Part shown: one piece after another, positions 42,537 through 53,219 of the stretch
Layout of the letters: the number at the start of each line of letters is the position of its first letter
Position numbering within the stretch: the first letter of the stretch is position 1
Assembly (NCBI GenBank): GCA_965219995.1
Contig: CBDCOX010000002.1
Span: 2,304,001 to 2,368,000, forward strand
DNA: 64,000 nucleotides
Source of the DNA: Candidatus Latescibacterota bacterium
Lineage (GTDB): Bacteria; Latescibacterota; UBA2968; GCA-2709665
Direction of reading: 5' to 3'
Notes under the pieces: model-generated
Databases searched by the model: none
Told to the model about the DNA's origin: nothing
Seen by the model: the letters and a program-made list of their open reading frames with translations, nothing else
Translations under genes and position numbers: made by a program

Positions 42537-45017
42537 TCACGCGGTGCTGTTGCCGAACGCGGCAGCAAAGATCACAAAATCGCTGAACCCGACGGCGCCG
42601 TTCGCATCGAGATCGTAACGCGCATCGTACCCCTCGTCGCCCTGGTTCAATCCGAACTGTGCCGCGAACAGCACGAAATCGCCAAATCCGACGGTCCCAT
42701 CGCCGTCGAAGTCGGCGTGAGCTTTGCCGGTGGCAGTGAACGTCACAGGATCGAGATCGGCTACCGTTACGACGACGGTGTTGGTACCCGGCTGGCTTCC
42801 CAGCGTCAGGGTCGTGGCAGCGCGGCCGTTCTCATCCGTGATGGCCGAAGTCACGGATAGCGTCCCGCCGCCGGTCGTGACCTTGAAGTCTACTCTGACC
42901 CCTTCAACGGGATTTCCATTTAGATCGCGCGCCAGAACCACGAACGGCTCGTCCAGCGCCGCACCTACCGACCCTTGCTGCTCGATGTCGGAGACAATCT
43001 CCATTGCGAAGGGGCGGGGACCCGTCCACTTGGAAACATCTCTCAGCTCTATTGTGTCATACCCTGTCCCAGCAGCGAGGGTCGTTTCATCGGGAGAAAT
43101 CGCTACCGAGCGGATCTCAACCCAGCTATAGCGATCACTCGGTCGGAACGGCAGGAAGGCGCCGATAAAATCTCGGGTTATGCCATCGTACAGCCGTACC
43201 TTGCCATCCCGTGACCCGGAAGCAATAATGCTTGCACCTCGAGAAACCGTTACGGACAAGACCGGCTCGAGATGCCGAAGCCGGGCAACCTCTCCATGTG
43301 TCCTCACGTCCCACAGCCGGACCATATTGTCGGGTGAACCCACTCCCGAGGCCAGGATGGCGCCATCGGTCGAAAACACCACTGACCAGATCGCCCCATT
43401 GTGCTCAAGGGTTGCGACCTCCTCGCGTGTCTCAACGTCCCAAAGCCTGACCGTCTGATCCTCGGATTCAAAGTGTCCTGACCCCGAGGCGAGCAGAGTT
43501 CCATCGGGAGAAAACGCCAACGCATTGATCTGGTCTACGTGACCTTCAAGCGTTGCGATCTTAGCCAGGTTCTTCACGTCCCAAAGCAGGATCGCTCGGT
43601 TCTCCGACGCGGAGGCAAGCAGATCCCCACGGGGGGAAAACGCCACCGGACCGTTTCCCTTCAGGGTAGCGGTTTCGTTCCGCGTCCTCACGTCCCACAG
43701 TTTGACGCCGCTCAATGATCCGGAAGCCAAGGCCCCATCGTGCGAAAATGCAACCGCCGTGACCGAATCTGTATGCCCGAGCAGGGTTGCAAGTAACTCT
43801 CGGCGTGACGCATTCCACAACCTGACCGTGCCATCCGACGATGCCGAAGCCAGAGTCTTTCCATCGGGAGAAAACGCCACCGAATTGACATGGCTAGTAT
43901 GCCCCTCGAGTGCATCTGTCACGCGATCCGGGACAAGGTCAAACCGCAACTCGCTCATGTTCCCATCCGTATCAACTGCAATAACCTCAATCCTATGGAG
44001 AGGGTCTGATAGACTCTTTATGAGGTTTTCAGGATTGGTCGCCATTGGCGATCCGTCAAATTCGTGCTCAACGACCGCATTTCTCTGACCCTTCAAAGCA
44101 CGACATTCCCTCAGCCCTCTCGACCAGCCCGGCGATGCGTATAGAAGCACTTGATGAAGCCCCTCGGCATCGCTGACCCCAAGCTTGATGGAGACGCTTT
44201 GGGAACCAGCCTTGTATTCGGTGGATGAGACGAGTTTGATAGTAGGTGGAGAAGACTCTTCAATTGAGATGGCGGAATTGAAGTATGGATGTACGGACAG
44301 AAACTCGGCAGTGCAGGCGGAGATTCGATCCCAGGTCATTGCGCCCGGGAATTGGCTTGGTCCACCGTAGGACAGGATGTACGCCCCATCTCGGAAGTCG
44401 TGGGCAAGGCCGAAGGCGTGAGCCAATTCATGGGCAAAGAGTCCCTCTGACACCCTGGTCACCCGGACCTCGCCTTGTTTCTTGCTTTGCCTCAATCCGG
44501 CTTGTCCTCCCGTGTAATTGGGGCTCTCTCTGTAGATGACACTGATGTTCTCATCAAGATCGAACACCTGTTGGATTTCCTTCCACCAGAGAAGATTGTA
44601 GCTGCTTGGGGTCGGCCCGAAATAGTGGCTCTCAGGGTGTTGACCATAGACGCGATGTACCAGCGGCTCACCCAGCGGATCGGTTTCAAGTCGGAAAGTT
44701 ACGTAGCCGTAGCCGTGGGCCTGCATCTGCTCGCCGTAGAAGCTCTGAACGCGGCGGATCACCGTCTTCATCGAATCCACAACGTCGGCGCGAAAGGCCT
44801 GGTCTTTCGGAAGGAAGTAGATCATCCGCACGGTACGCGGTTCGCCCACGTTCAGGTCCGCCGGACGCTTGGCGGCAGGGCGCGGATGATCCCATCGTAA
44901 CTGCTCGTGGTCGACCCCGCAGAACAGCACGCTGTCGGGCGGCGCAGACGAAGCGTGGGCGGTTAGTGGCGGTGAGAGAAGAATGCCGATTAATGCGATA
45001 ATCACGGATTCAACCAA
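42537..45017 (-). CDS. Metzincin + WD40 + Big_1-like Ig + dockerin-like exported protein
   Basis: Paralog of 38369..40891; HELAHAFGLAH; WD40 repeats; C-terminal dockerin-like pair. Confidence 0.88.
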   Translation of the reverse strand: MVESVIIALIGILLSPPLTAHASSAPPDSVLFCGVDHEQLRWDHPRPAAKRPADLNVGEPRTVRMIYFLPKDQAFRADVVDSMKTVIRRVQSFYGEQMQAHGYGYVTFRLETDPLGEPLVHRVYGQHPESHYFGPTPSSYNLLWWKEIQQVFDLDENISVIYRESPNYTGGQAGLRQSKKQGEVRVTRVSEGLFAHELAHAFGLAHDFRDGAYILSYGGPSQFPGAMTWDRISACTAEFLSVHPYFNSAISIEESSPPTIKLVSSTEYKAGSQSVSIKLGVSDAEGLHQVLLYASPGWSRGLRECRALKGQRNAVVEHEFDGSPMATNPENLIKSLSDPLHRIEVIAVDTDGNMSELRFDLVPDRVTDALEGHTSHVNSVAFSPDGKTLASASSDGTVRLWNASRRELLATLLGHTDSVTAVAFSHDGALASGSLSGVKLWDVRTRNETATLKGNGPVAFSPRGDLLASASENRAILLWDVKNLAKIATLEGHVDQINALAFSPDGTLLASGSGHFESEDQTVRLWDVETREEVATLEHNGAIWSVVFSTDGAILASGVGSPDNMVRLWDVRTHGEVARLRHLEPVLSVTVSRGASIIASGSRDGKVRLYDGITRDFIGAFLPFRPSDRYSWVEIRSVAISPDETTLAAGTGYDTIELRDVSKWTGPRPFAMEIVSDIEQQGSVGAALDEPFVVLARDLNGNPVEGVRVDFKVTTGGGTLSVTSAITDENGRAATTLTLGSQPGTNTVVVTVADLDPVTFTATGKAHADFDGDGTVGFGDFVLFAAQFGLNQGDEGYDARYDLDANGAVGFSDFVIFAAAFGNSTA

Positions 45018-45217
45018 GCGTTCGTTATGGAGTCAATCCTCATTCGTGCCAGATTGTCTGCGCGATCCGGCGGGCGCGCGGGCGCCGGGAGGCGCCGACG
45101 TTCCGGAGCGAGCGGAAAGCGCCGTCGCCAGCAAGCCCGCGGCCGCCGGGGAAAGTCGTGATGGCCGGCGATCTGAACACCACACGATCACGAGACGACA
45201 CGCACTTCAACCTCCAC

Positions 45218-46522
45218 CTACGTGCCGAAAGCGTCCACGAACCTGAAGAAGTCTGCGAAGTCGACCCTGCCACTGCCATCGAGGTCGAAGCGAGGGTCCG
45301 TACTGCCGAACGCGTCTGCGAAGAGGAAAAAGTCCGCGAAATCGGTCCGGCCGTCGCCATTGAAGTCGGTCGAAGCCGGACCCTGCACAAGCGGTGTTCC
45401 GATACGTACGGGCGACCAGGGCCCGTCTCCGTCGCTGGCGGCCGCACGCAGCTGAACGTCGTACCGGACGCCGCCGGTCAGCCCGGTCAGCTCGTAAGAA
45501 AGCGTTCCGGAACCAGTCGTCCAGACATCGTGCAACACGGTCCAGTTGGCGTCGGCCTTGTCCGGGGCGTCGCTGCGGATATAGCGCAGGTCATACGCGG
45601 AAACGGCGGGGCCGCCGCCGGATGGCTGGGCCCACGTCACCGTGAGTGCGCCAATGCCGGGCGCCACTGAGAGGATGGCGGGCGCGTTTCCACCGGCCGT
45701 GAGGTCGTAGGCATACAGTTTCTTGTCAACGTAGTCGACCACCCACAGCGTCGTGCCATTCGACCAGATGCCAACGGGGTGATTATTCCCGGCGGCATCC
45801 AATGCATTAACGTCGTTGCCGGGATCACGCGTTTTCGAAGCCATATCGTACGCATAGAGCTTCGCGTCGGCGTAGTCCGCAATCCACATCGTGGTGCCGT
45901 CAGACCAGATTCCCTGCGGGTGGTTGTTTCCCGCGGCTTCGAGCGCATTGACGTCGTTGCCGGGATCCCGGTCCTTCTGATCCATGTCATAGGCATACAG
46001 CTTATCGTCCGTGTAGTCGGCCACCCACATGGTCGTGCCGTTCGACCAGATGTCCTCCGGATTGTCGTTTCCGGCAAGTTCAAGCACGTCGATGTCTTTG
46101 CCGGCGTCCCGGGCTTTGGTGGACAGGTTGTACGCATACACCTTTTCGCCAAACCACGGGTCGTCTGCCACCCACATCGTTTTCCCGTCCGACCAGATGC
46201 CCTCCGGGTCGCCGTTTCCCGCTGCGTCCAGCGAATTGAAGTCTTTGCCGGGCACGCGCGCTCCGGACGCCAGGTCGTAGGCATACAGCTTTTCGTCGGT
46301 TTCGTCTGCCACCCACATCGTCGTGCCGTCAGACCAGATTCCCTCCGGATCGTCGTTTCCGGCGGCCGCCAACCCACCGATGTCCTTGCCGGCGTCCCTG
46401 GCGCAACATTCGGTTGTAGCGATTTTCCGCACGGAGTGCAACTTGCCATCATCCTGTCCGCCGACCGGTAACACCCAGGTCGCCAGTATGGCCGTGAGGA
46501 CCGACACAATGACTCTAGCCAT
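45218..46522 (-). CDS. Beta-propeller-repeat + Fn3 + dockerin-like exported protein
   Basis: Five repeats of about 47 aa (P.GIWSDGTTMWVAD..D.KLYAYD); Fn3 (LTVTW...YDLRY...LTGGVRYDVQLRA); C-terminal DFNGDGRTDFADF. Confidence 0.85.
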   Translation of the reverse strand: MARVIVSVLTAILATWVLPVGGQDDGKLHSVRKIATTECCARDAGKDIGGLAAAGNDDPEGIWSDGTTMWVADETDEKLYAYDLASGARVPGKDFNSLDAAGNGDPEGIWSDGKTMWVADDPWFGEKVYAYNLSTKARDAGKDIDVLELAGNDNPEDIWSNGTTMWVADYTDDKLYAYDMDQKDRDPGNDVNALEAAGNNHPQGIWSDGTTMWIADYADAKLYAYDMASKTRDPGNDVNALDAAGNNHPVGIWSNGTTLWVVDYVDKKLYAYDLTAGGNAPAILSVAPGIGALTVTWAQPSGGGPAVSAYDLRYIRSDAPDKADANWTVLHDVWTTGSGTLSYELTGLTGGVRYDVQLRAAASDGDGPWSPVRIGTPLVQGPASTDFNGDGRTDFADFFLFADAFGSTDPRFDLDGSGRVDFADFFRFVDAFGT

Positions 46523-46633
46523 AGAAATCCCGCCTCTCATCAGGGGAATCCGTAAAGTTTCAGGTTGCACGAATTCCGCCGACGCTCCCCGGACGCGGTT
46601 GCCCTGCGAAATCGGCCTGCAGTACGCATTGAC

Positions 46634-49333
46634 CTATTCCCCGACCACACCGATAACGCGCCCATTCTCATCCACGACGTAGACCGGCCCCTCGACGACG
46701 CAATCCCCCCAGTCCAGGAGATGTTCAGCGGCCGGCTTCGCGCTTGCCGGAGCCGGAAGCCTGTACTCATCGGCCAGGCCGACATTGACCTCGTATCCGT
46801 GATCCGCCAGCGATTGAATCGTAATCGCGCTTAACGGCAGGGTCCCGTCGAGATCCGGCCGGACGCTCGCCGTCATGAGTTCGTCGCCGAACACGGACCC
46901 CCTCCAGTGACCGCTGTCGTCCTCTACGGGAACCTTCGGGCCGCTGTAACTCCGGCCTCCCGCATCGTCAAACGCTCGAATCGCCAGCGGGCCGATAAAG
47001 TACCTGTCGCTGACACCTCGTACCAGGTTCAATGTTTTCCATACCGTCCCAAAACCGAGAACGTGCGCCATCTCATGGAGAATGACCTCATAGAGAAACG
47101 CGTTGGACATCCACTCCAAATCGTCGTTGTCGATGGCTATCGTCCCAATCTTCGTAACGAGGGCGCCCGACTGTCTGTTCCTGCGGACAATGAGCGTTCC
47201 GCCTCTCCCCAGGGTGCCTCGGACGCCGTCGATATCGCCAATACCCACGAAAATCCGCAAATCGTCCACAAAGTCGTTCACGCGAATCCGCTGCTTCAGA
47301 TCGTCGTCCCACTCATTGACCGGATTATTCGAGAAGTCGCTGTCCGGGATATCCGCGGTAACGATCGACGTCCAGCGCACGGCCGCCTCGTGGAACAGCG
47401 CCTTCTGAGCAGCATTGAATCCGTCGCCGAGGGTACTTTCGAGGAAGACGATCTCAATCCGGAAGGGAGACGGCGCCCCGCCCACGGCGATGCCCGACGG
47501 ATCGACCAGTCCGTCGGCGCTCGTCGCCAGGTCTTCGACGTTTGATCCGTCGAGATTGGCTCGCTGTACCTTGTTCGTGCCGGCGTCCGCCCAGTACATC
47601 TTACCCCCGGATGTGTCCAGCGCAAGACCATTGGGCTTGTCCAGACCGCCGGTCACCAGATCCTCCACCCGCGAGCCGTCCAGATTGGACCGCTGGATCT
47701 TGTCCGTGCGCCGGTCCGTCCAGTATAGCTTTCCGCCGGATGCGTCAATGGCAAGGCCGGTGGGGCTGCCAAGCCCTCCGGTCACCAGGTCCTCCACCTG
47801 CGAACCATCCAGGTTCGCCCTCTGGATCTTTTGCGATCCCGGGTTCGTCCAGTACATCTTCCCGCCCGGCACGTCCAGGACCAGTTCCCCAGGAAATACC
47901 AGGCCGCTGGTAATCAGGTTCTCAATGTTCGTGCCGTCCAGGCTTGCTCGCTGAATCGTACTGTTTTGCCGGTCCGTCCAGTACATCTTACGACCGGATA
48001 CGTCCAGTGCGAGACCGTAGGGGATACCCAGGCCGGTGACCAGGGATTCCACATTGGCGCCATCGAGGCCGGCGCGCTGGATCCTGGACGCGCCCGCGTC
48101 CGTCCAGTACATCTTCCCGCCGGCCGCGTCCAGGGCCAATCCGTCCGGTCCGTCCAGTCCACCGCCGACGACCAGGTCTTCGATCCCGGAGCCATCCAGA
48201 TTGGCACGTTGAATCCTGTCCGTGCCCCAGTCCGTCCAGTACAACTTCGACGCCGAGACGGGGGAAATCCGCCGCGTAACGGTTACGGCCACGGAGCCCG
48301 AGCAGTTGTTTCCGGTATCGGATTCTCCGGGCACGGGGTCGACGCAGGCTCCGTAGTAGTAGGTTCCTGCCGCTGATGGCGACGTTAATCCGATCGATCT
48401 ATCGATTGCGCCGGAAGCCGCAAGACTCCCGATACCGTCCGTGCCCACCGTCGCGTCGCCGGTCGAAATGGTCGCGTCTGACGAACGGAAGTAACGCAGC
48501 GTTGTCGAGGCCGCCTGCCCGGCACCCCGATTCCGCACGGTCACGCTCAGTGTAAAGGACTGCCCGGGCGCCAGGGCGCCATTGCTCACCCTGGGGGTGT
48601 CCAGGACGAGGTCCGGATCACGGACGACGGGAGCCGAGACTTCCTTGCCGAAATTCCGCGCGAAGATCAGAAAGTCGTTAAACCCTACTGTCCCGTCCGC
48701 ATCCAGATCGAAACGCGCGTCAAACCCCGCGTCGCCCTGCTGTGATCCGAATCTCGATGCAAATAGCACAAAATCGGAAAAGCCAACGGTCCCGTCGCCG
48801 TCGAAGTCAGGAGAAACCGTGGCATTGAACGTGATAACGCTCGCTGACGTGAGCACTTCGCTCGACGTAATACTTTCTGCAAGCGTAACCGTCTCGATGC
48901 CGATTGAAAACTCCCGGCCCGTCACGTCAGCAATTGTCCTGAACTCTGCACGCGCAAGAAAACCGTGTGGCGCCAACGAAACCGGTGTACTGGACGCGAA
49001 GTTGACGCCGACCGACCCTTCGGGAAGTGTGAGCGGAAACGCACTGTTTTCCGCTTTGACGAACGCCAGAAGGCTGGCATCGAAGTCGAACTTGAGGACT
49101 ACGCCAACCAGGGACGTCCTCACGCCCGCGGCGAAAACCTCGATTGCGACGGTTGTGCCGTTTCCGGTGACCGTGCCCGAGATAACGCCGTCATCCGTCC
49201 GGTTGCCCGCCCCGGCGTCAGAGATCAGATCAAGGGAGAGTACCGCATTCGCGTTCGGGCCGGCAGAGACGCGACCGGTAGCCATTAACGATGCAAGAAG
49301 AAAGAACACCACCTTAATCTTCGTAGCAGTCAT
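46634..49333 (-). CDS. Cohesin-like + dockerin-like + CARDB + LY(YWTD) propeller + leishmanolysin(M8)-like protein
   Basis: N-terminal beta domain (FDFDASLLAFV...GFLARAEF); DFDGDG pair; CARDB; six YWTD repeats; HEMAHVLGFG...SGHW...DELMT. Confidence 0.85.
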   Translation of the reverse strand: MTATKIKVVFFLLASLMATGRVSAGPNANAVLSLDLISDAGAGNRTDDGVISGTVTGNGTTVAIEVFAAGVRTSLVGVVLKFDFDASLLAFVKAENSAFPLTLPEGSVGVNFASSTPVSLAPHGFLARAEFRTIADVTGREFSIGIETVTLAESITSSEVLTSASVITFNATVSPDFDGDGTVGFSDFVLFASRFGSQQGDAGFDARFDLDADGTVGFNDFLIFARNFGKEVSAPVVRDPDLVLDTPRVSNGALAPGQSFTLSVTVRNRGAGQAASTTLRYFRSSDATISTGDATVGTDGIGSLAASGAIDRSIGLTSPSAAGTYYYGACVDPVPGESDTGNNCSGSVAVTVTRRISPVSASKLYWTDWGTDRIQRANLDGSGIEDLVVGGGLDGPDGLALDAAGGKMYWTDAGASRIQRAGLDGANVESLVTGLGIPYGLALDVSGRKMYWTDRQNSTIQRASLDGTNIENLITSGLVFPGELVLDVPGGKMYWTNPGSQKIQRANLDGSQVEDLVTGGLGSPTGLAIDASGGKLYWTDRRTDKIQRSNLDGSRVEDLVTGGLDKPNGLALDTSGGKMYWADAGTNKVQRANLDGSNVEDLATSADGLVDPSGIAVGGAPSPFRIEIVFLESTLGDGFNAAQKALFHEAAVRWTSIVTADIPDSDFSNNPVNEWDDDLKQRIRVNDFVDDLRIFVGIGDIDGVRGTLGRGGTLIVRRNRQSGALVTKIGTIAIDNDDLEWMSNAFLYEVILHEMAHVLGFGTVWKTLNLVRGVSDRYFIGPLAIRAFDDAGGRSYSGPKVPVEDDSGHWRGSVFGDELMTASVRPDLDGTLPLSAITIQSLADHGYEVNVGLADEYRLPAPASAKPAAEHLLDWGDCVVEGPVYVVDENGRVIGVVGE

Positions 49334-49668
49334 TTGTAGAGAATGATCCCTGAGAGCAGGTGCTCCCACTGAACATGTGGTTGTTTCTCAATACAGTTGA
49401 CATCGACAGATCGCGTCCGCCTGTGCGACGTCAGATTGGGTCGGCCCCTATGGTGCCGAACACAGAGGGCAACGGATTCAATCCCTGAATTTTGAATAAT
49501 GCGTGGATATCGAGTTCAGGGATTGTGGTGGTCGAAGTGATGACGTGCGGTCAATGGTGACTCGATTCACTGCCGTTCCTCATTTTCTCGTACTTTTCTC
49601 GCGCTTGTTGGTTTTCAACCTGTCCATCCTGTCTATCCATGTTTGTTCTTGGTTTTGCACTTGCCAGC

Positions 49669-51918
49669 CTAAGAGCCGAACGCATCGACAAACCGGAAGA
49701 AATCCGCGAAATCGACCCTTCCGTTGCCGTCGAGGTCAAACCTGGGGTCTGTGCTGCCGTACGCGTCTGCAAACAGGAAGAAGTCGGCAAAATCGGTCCT
49801 GCCGTCGCCGTTGAAATCCGTCGCGGCTTGCGCCGAAGTGTACCCGGTCCACGTGGACGCATCCCACAGTTCGATACCATTCAACCCTTCCGTAACGAGC
49901 AGGGATCCGTCGGGAGAAAAGACGCCGTTGACTCCGAAGCCACTGCCATCTTCCAGGTGGTCCGGATGCCCGAGCCTGGCGATGTTCTCCCTGGTCGCGA
50001 CGTCCCACAGGAGGACCTCCCCCAACCTGGCGCCGGTGGCGAGGACCGACCCGTCAGCGGAGAACGACGGCTCCCCGTGTCCCTGGAGGGTTGCAATCGT
50101 ATCTCGCGCCGCCACGTCCCAAAGCACCATGGGTCCATCGGTGCTGGAAGCGAGAATGGTCCCGTCCGGGGAAAACGCCACGTCCAGGACCCGGCCGGTA
50201 TTACCCTCCAGGGTGGCGGTATTGGTTTGCGTCGCCGTGTTCCACAGTTTGACCGTTCCGTCGCGCGAACCGGAAGCGAGCGTACCGTCGGACGAAAACG
50301 CGACGGAAAAGACATGGCTGGTATGCCCGGTGAGGGTGGAGATAAGACTCTGGCTGGATACATCCCACAACTTGATCGTCTTGTCTCCCGATCCTGACGC
50401 GAGGGTGTCGCCGCTGGGCGAGAACGCGACCGAATGGACGCCCGTGGGCCCCCCCTGATGCCCGGGCAGCGTGGCGATCAGCGTCTGGTTCGCCACGTTC
50501 CAAAGCTTGATATTGGCTTCGTTGGTTCTGGTGGATCCGGAAGCGAGGATGGACCCGTCAGACGAAAACGCAACGGATGAACTCCCCCCGCTGAGGTTGG
50601 CGACGTGGGTTCGCGTCGTCGTATTCCATAGCTGGATTCCCGCGGAGGAATTCGCGGCGAGGATTGATCCGTCGGGGGAAAACTTCGCCCCATAGATCTC
50701 CGGAGATGTATCTCGCGTATATCGGAACAACGTGGCCAGGTGGTATTCCGACGCTTCGGCAAATACGAAATGAGTATCGCGAAGGGGGCCGGTATTCGCA
50801 TTCCCATCGGTATCGACCGCGAGGACCGCCACGTACTGTGCAACGGAGGCGGAGAGACTCGAAACGCCTTCCGACGGAATGATGCCGTCGTAGTTGAACG
50901 TAGCGACCGCCTGGTTTTGACCGGTAAAGACCTGGCACGATTTCACTTCCTGTGATCCCGCGGCTGCGTGGGGGGATTTCGTTTTCAGGTAGAATACAAC
51001 CTGGTGAAGCCCCCTGCTGCCGGAGGCCGTGACTCGGAACTGGACGGAGAAGCTGGTTGCGCCGGCTGAATATCTCAGCGGCGAGATCAGCTCGACGCCC
51101 GGCGAGTCGAATTCCCCCAGGTCGTATCCATACTGAAAGCCCTTGATCGCAATGGCAGGATTGAAATAGGGATGCACCGACAGCAGGCCGGCGCTGCACG
51201 CCGACAGGCGGTCCCATCCCGGACCATACGACATGATGTTCGCGCCGTCGTTGAAATCGTGCTGCAATCCGAAGGCATGACCCAGTTCATGGGCGGCCGT
51301 TTCAACACTGAAGCTGGCGGGAAGCAGCGCATAGCCCCTGTTATCCGCCCACCGGCCGCCAAACCCCGCCACGTTGCCCCAACCCAGGTTGTTGTAGGTG
51401 CTGTGGTCCGCGACGATGAAGAAGATATTACTATTGGTATCAAAGGTCGGCCTCAGATCCCTGAACACGTTGCCCACGCCGACCATCCGGTAAGAACGGA
51501 GATAGCTGGCATCGGAGTAAGGCGCGTCCACGCGGTGCACCACAGGGTCGCCCTGGACGTCGGTCTCATACTCGAAGGTCCTGGCGCCTTTGCCGTTCGA
51601 TTGCATCTGGTCGCGGAAGAAGGTCCGGATCCTCGGAATCCTTGCCTTGATCGTGTCAACCACGTCCGGGTTGAACGTACGGTCGTTGGGCAGGAAGTAG
51701 ATCAGGCGGAGGGTGCGCGACTGAGCAGAGTCGGCCGACGCCGGCCGCTTGGCGGCCGCATCGAAGATCAACTCGAGCCCCAAGCGCTCATGATCCGGCG
51801 CCCGGCAGGCGTGCGCCCAGTCGACTTCGGGGGAAGACGCGTAGGGTCCGGAAGACAGAAACAGGGCAGCCGAAAAGATGAGAAATATGGAACTGAGGAT
51901 GGATATTTTGCCGGACAT
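49669..51918 (-). CDS. Metzincin + WD40 + dockerin-like exported protein
   Basis: Start reassigned to MSGKISILSS (GGAGG RBS); HELGHAFGLQH...IMSYG; WD40; DFNGDGRTDFADF C-terminus. Confidence 0.88.
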   Translation of the reverse strand: MSGKISILSSIFLIFSAALFLSSGPYASSPEVDWAHACRAPDHERLGLELIFDAAAKRPASADSAQSRTLRLIYFLPNDRTFNPDVVDTIKARIPRIRTFFRDQMQSNGKGARTFEYETDVQGDPVVHRVDAPYSDASYLRSYRMVGVGNVFRDLRPTFDTNSNIFFIVADHSTYNNLGWGNVAGFGGRWADNRGYALLPASFSVETAAHELGHAFGLQHDFNDGANIMSYGPGWDRLSACSAGLLSVHPYFNPAIAIKGFQYGYDLGEFDSPGVELISPLRYSAGATSFSVQFRVTASGSRGLHQVVFYLKTKSPHAAAGSQEVKSCQVFTGQNQAVATFNYDGIIPSEGVSSLSASVAQYVAVLAVDTDGNANTGPLRDTHFVFAEASEYHLATLFRYTRDTSPEIYGAKFSPDGSILAANSSAGIQLWNTTTRTHVANLSGGSSSVAFSSDGSILASGSTRTNEANIKLWNVANQTLIATLPGHQGGPTGVHSVAFSPSGDTLASGSGDKTIKLWDVSSQSLISTLTGHTSHVFSVAFSSDGTLASGSRDGTVKLWNTATQTNTATLEGNTGRVLDVAFSPDGTILASSTDGPMVLWDVAARDTIATLQGHGEPSFSADGSVLATGARLGEVLLWDVATRENIARLGHPDHLEDGSGFGVNGVFSPDGSLLVTEGLNGIELWDASTWTGYTSAQAATDFNGDGRTDFADFFLFADAYGSTDPRFDLDGNGRVDFADFFRFVDAFGS

Positions 51919-52029
51919 TCGCACCTCCCAGGGGAGTCCAGGTTCGCTCACGTCTGTTGTGTGCCCGGGATTGGCCGGCGGGAACCAGGTGGACGATCGT
52001 CGGTTCTTCAAAGCCCGCAGTGCAGGGAG

Positions 52030-52052
52030 AACTGTCGCAAAATGCGACAGTT
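52030..52052. promoter_or_regulatory. Perfect palindrome, candidate operator
   Basis: AACTGTCGCA-AAA-TGCGACAGTT, 112 bp upstream of the 51918 start. Confidence 0.55.
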
Positions 52053-52144
52053 TCGGCAGGATGAACCGCCGGGAGTTCGTTTCTTGATCGAGTCTGACGG
52101 GAAAGATGAAAGAAGCCGCCGTGAGTCGCGAACGCGATCGTGTC

Positions 52145-52564
52145 CTACTCAATCGAGTGTGCGGCGAGAAACATGGAGTTCGCCAGGGACGCGAAGAAAT
52201 TCTGGTAAATCAACGGATCTCTGACAGACCAGCGGTAATGCGCGTTCATCCGCACCAGCACTCGCGATTCGCCTCTTCGGCGGACAGTGATTGTCACGCG
52301 CAGTGGATAGTCGTCGATTCTTCTCGCGGTGATCGTTCCAAGCGCTTCATCCGCTTTCAAGATGACAAAGCCGAAATCCTGAAGCGTGGCAACAACGGCC
52401 CTCAGCGCCCTGTTCTCGTCTGTCGTATCGAATGATCGGGTCTGCATGCTGCGGATCTTCAGCTGACTTTCGGCCAATTCCACGGTCGGCAATCGCTTCG
52501 TGCGTTGCTTCGCGCGTAACCCGCATCCGGACAGCGCAACACAGATTGCCATCATCGTCACCAT
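52145..52564 (-). CDS. Lipoprotein, MQTR.FDT family
   Basis: LSGC lipobox; RSMQTRSFDTTD...LQDFGF. Confidence 0.8.
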   Translation of the reverse strand: MVTMMAICVALSGCGLRAKQRTKRLPTVELAESQLKIRSMQTRSFDTTDENRALRAVVATLQDFGFVILKADEALGTITARRIDDYPLRVTITVRRRGESRVLVRMNAHYRWSVRDPLIYQNFFASLANSMFLAAHSIE

Positions 52565-52718
52565 TTCCCCGGATAATCTCACGTCTGTATTCCTTTGTGA
52601 TTTAACGCATTGCTGCCAGAAGCGAATTACAACTGGCATCCCTGGCTCTGCGGCAACGGGGTTATCACCGAATCGGCGCACCCGGTAATCGGTCGATAAG
52701 TCCGACGTGTAAAGTCGT

Positions 52719-53144
52719 TCAGTCGACCTCGTGAGCGGACAGGAACATCGATTTTTCCAATAGAGAAAAAAACTTCTGATAAACTGACGGATCTCCGACT
52801 CCATTACGATTGTATTCCATATTCGCGCGCACCAGCAACTGTGTCTCGCCCCTGGGTCGTACTGTAATCGATATTTGCAACCAGTCGGTGCGTCTTACAG
52901 CGCTAACCAATCCAAGTACTTTATTCGCATCGAGGATAAGAAAGTCGAAATCCTGAAGCGTGGATATTACAGACCTGAGCGCCTTGTATTTGTCCGTGGT
53001 GTCAAATGCACGGGTCTGCATGGTGCGCAGATTGACCTGGCTTGTATCCAGCGTCATCAATTGCCTCTTGGGCATTGCGCATCCGGACAAACCGAAAAGA
53101 ACCGCGGCGACAGTCGAGGCCGTCAATATTCTGGAAACTGTCAT
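52719..53144 (-). CDS. Lipoprotein, MQTR.FDT family
   Basis: LSGC lipobox; RTMQTRAFDTTDK...LQDFDF...YQKFFSLLEKSMFL. Confidence 0.8.
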   Translation of the reverse strand: MTVSRILTASTVAAVLFGLSGCAMPKRQLMTLDTSQVNLRTMQTRAFDTTDKYKALRSVISTLQDFDFLILDANKVLGLVSAVRRTDWLQISITVRPRGETQLLVRANMEYNRNGVGDPSVYQKFFSLLEKSMFLSAHEVD

Positions 53145-53219
53145 TTTGCCGTTCCTTGAATAACCCGTGCCTGTATTGGACGGGACAAGCACGCTCTGCC
53201 GGAACGATTGGCGGAAACT

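Noticed and set aside
51919-52152. N-terminal extension of the 827-aa ORF
   Set aside because: RBS and signal peptide indicate a start at 51918; the extension contains the palindromic site.
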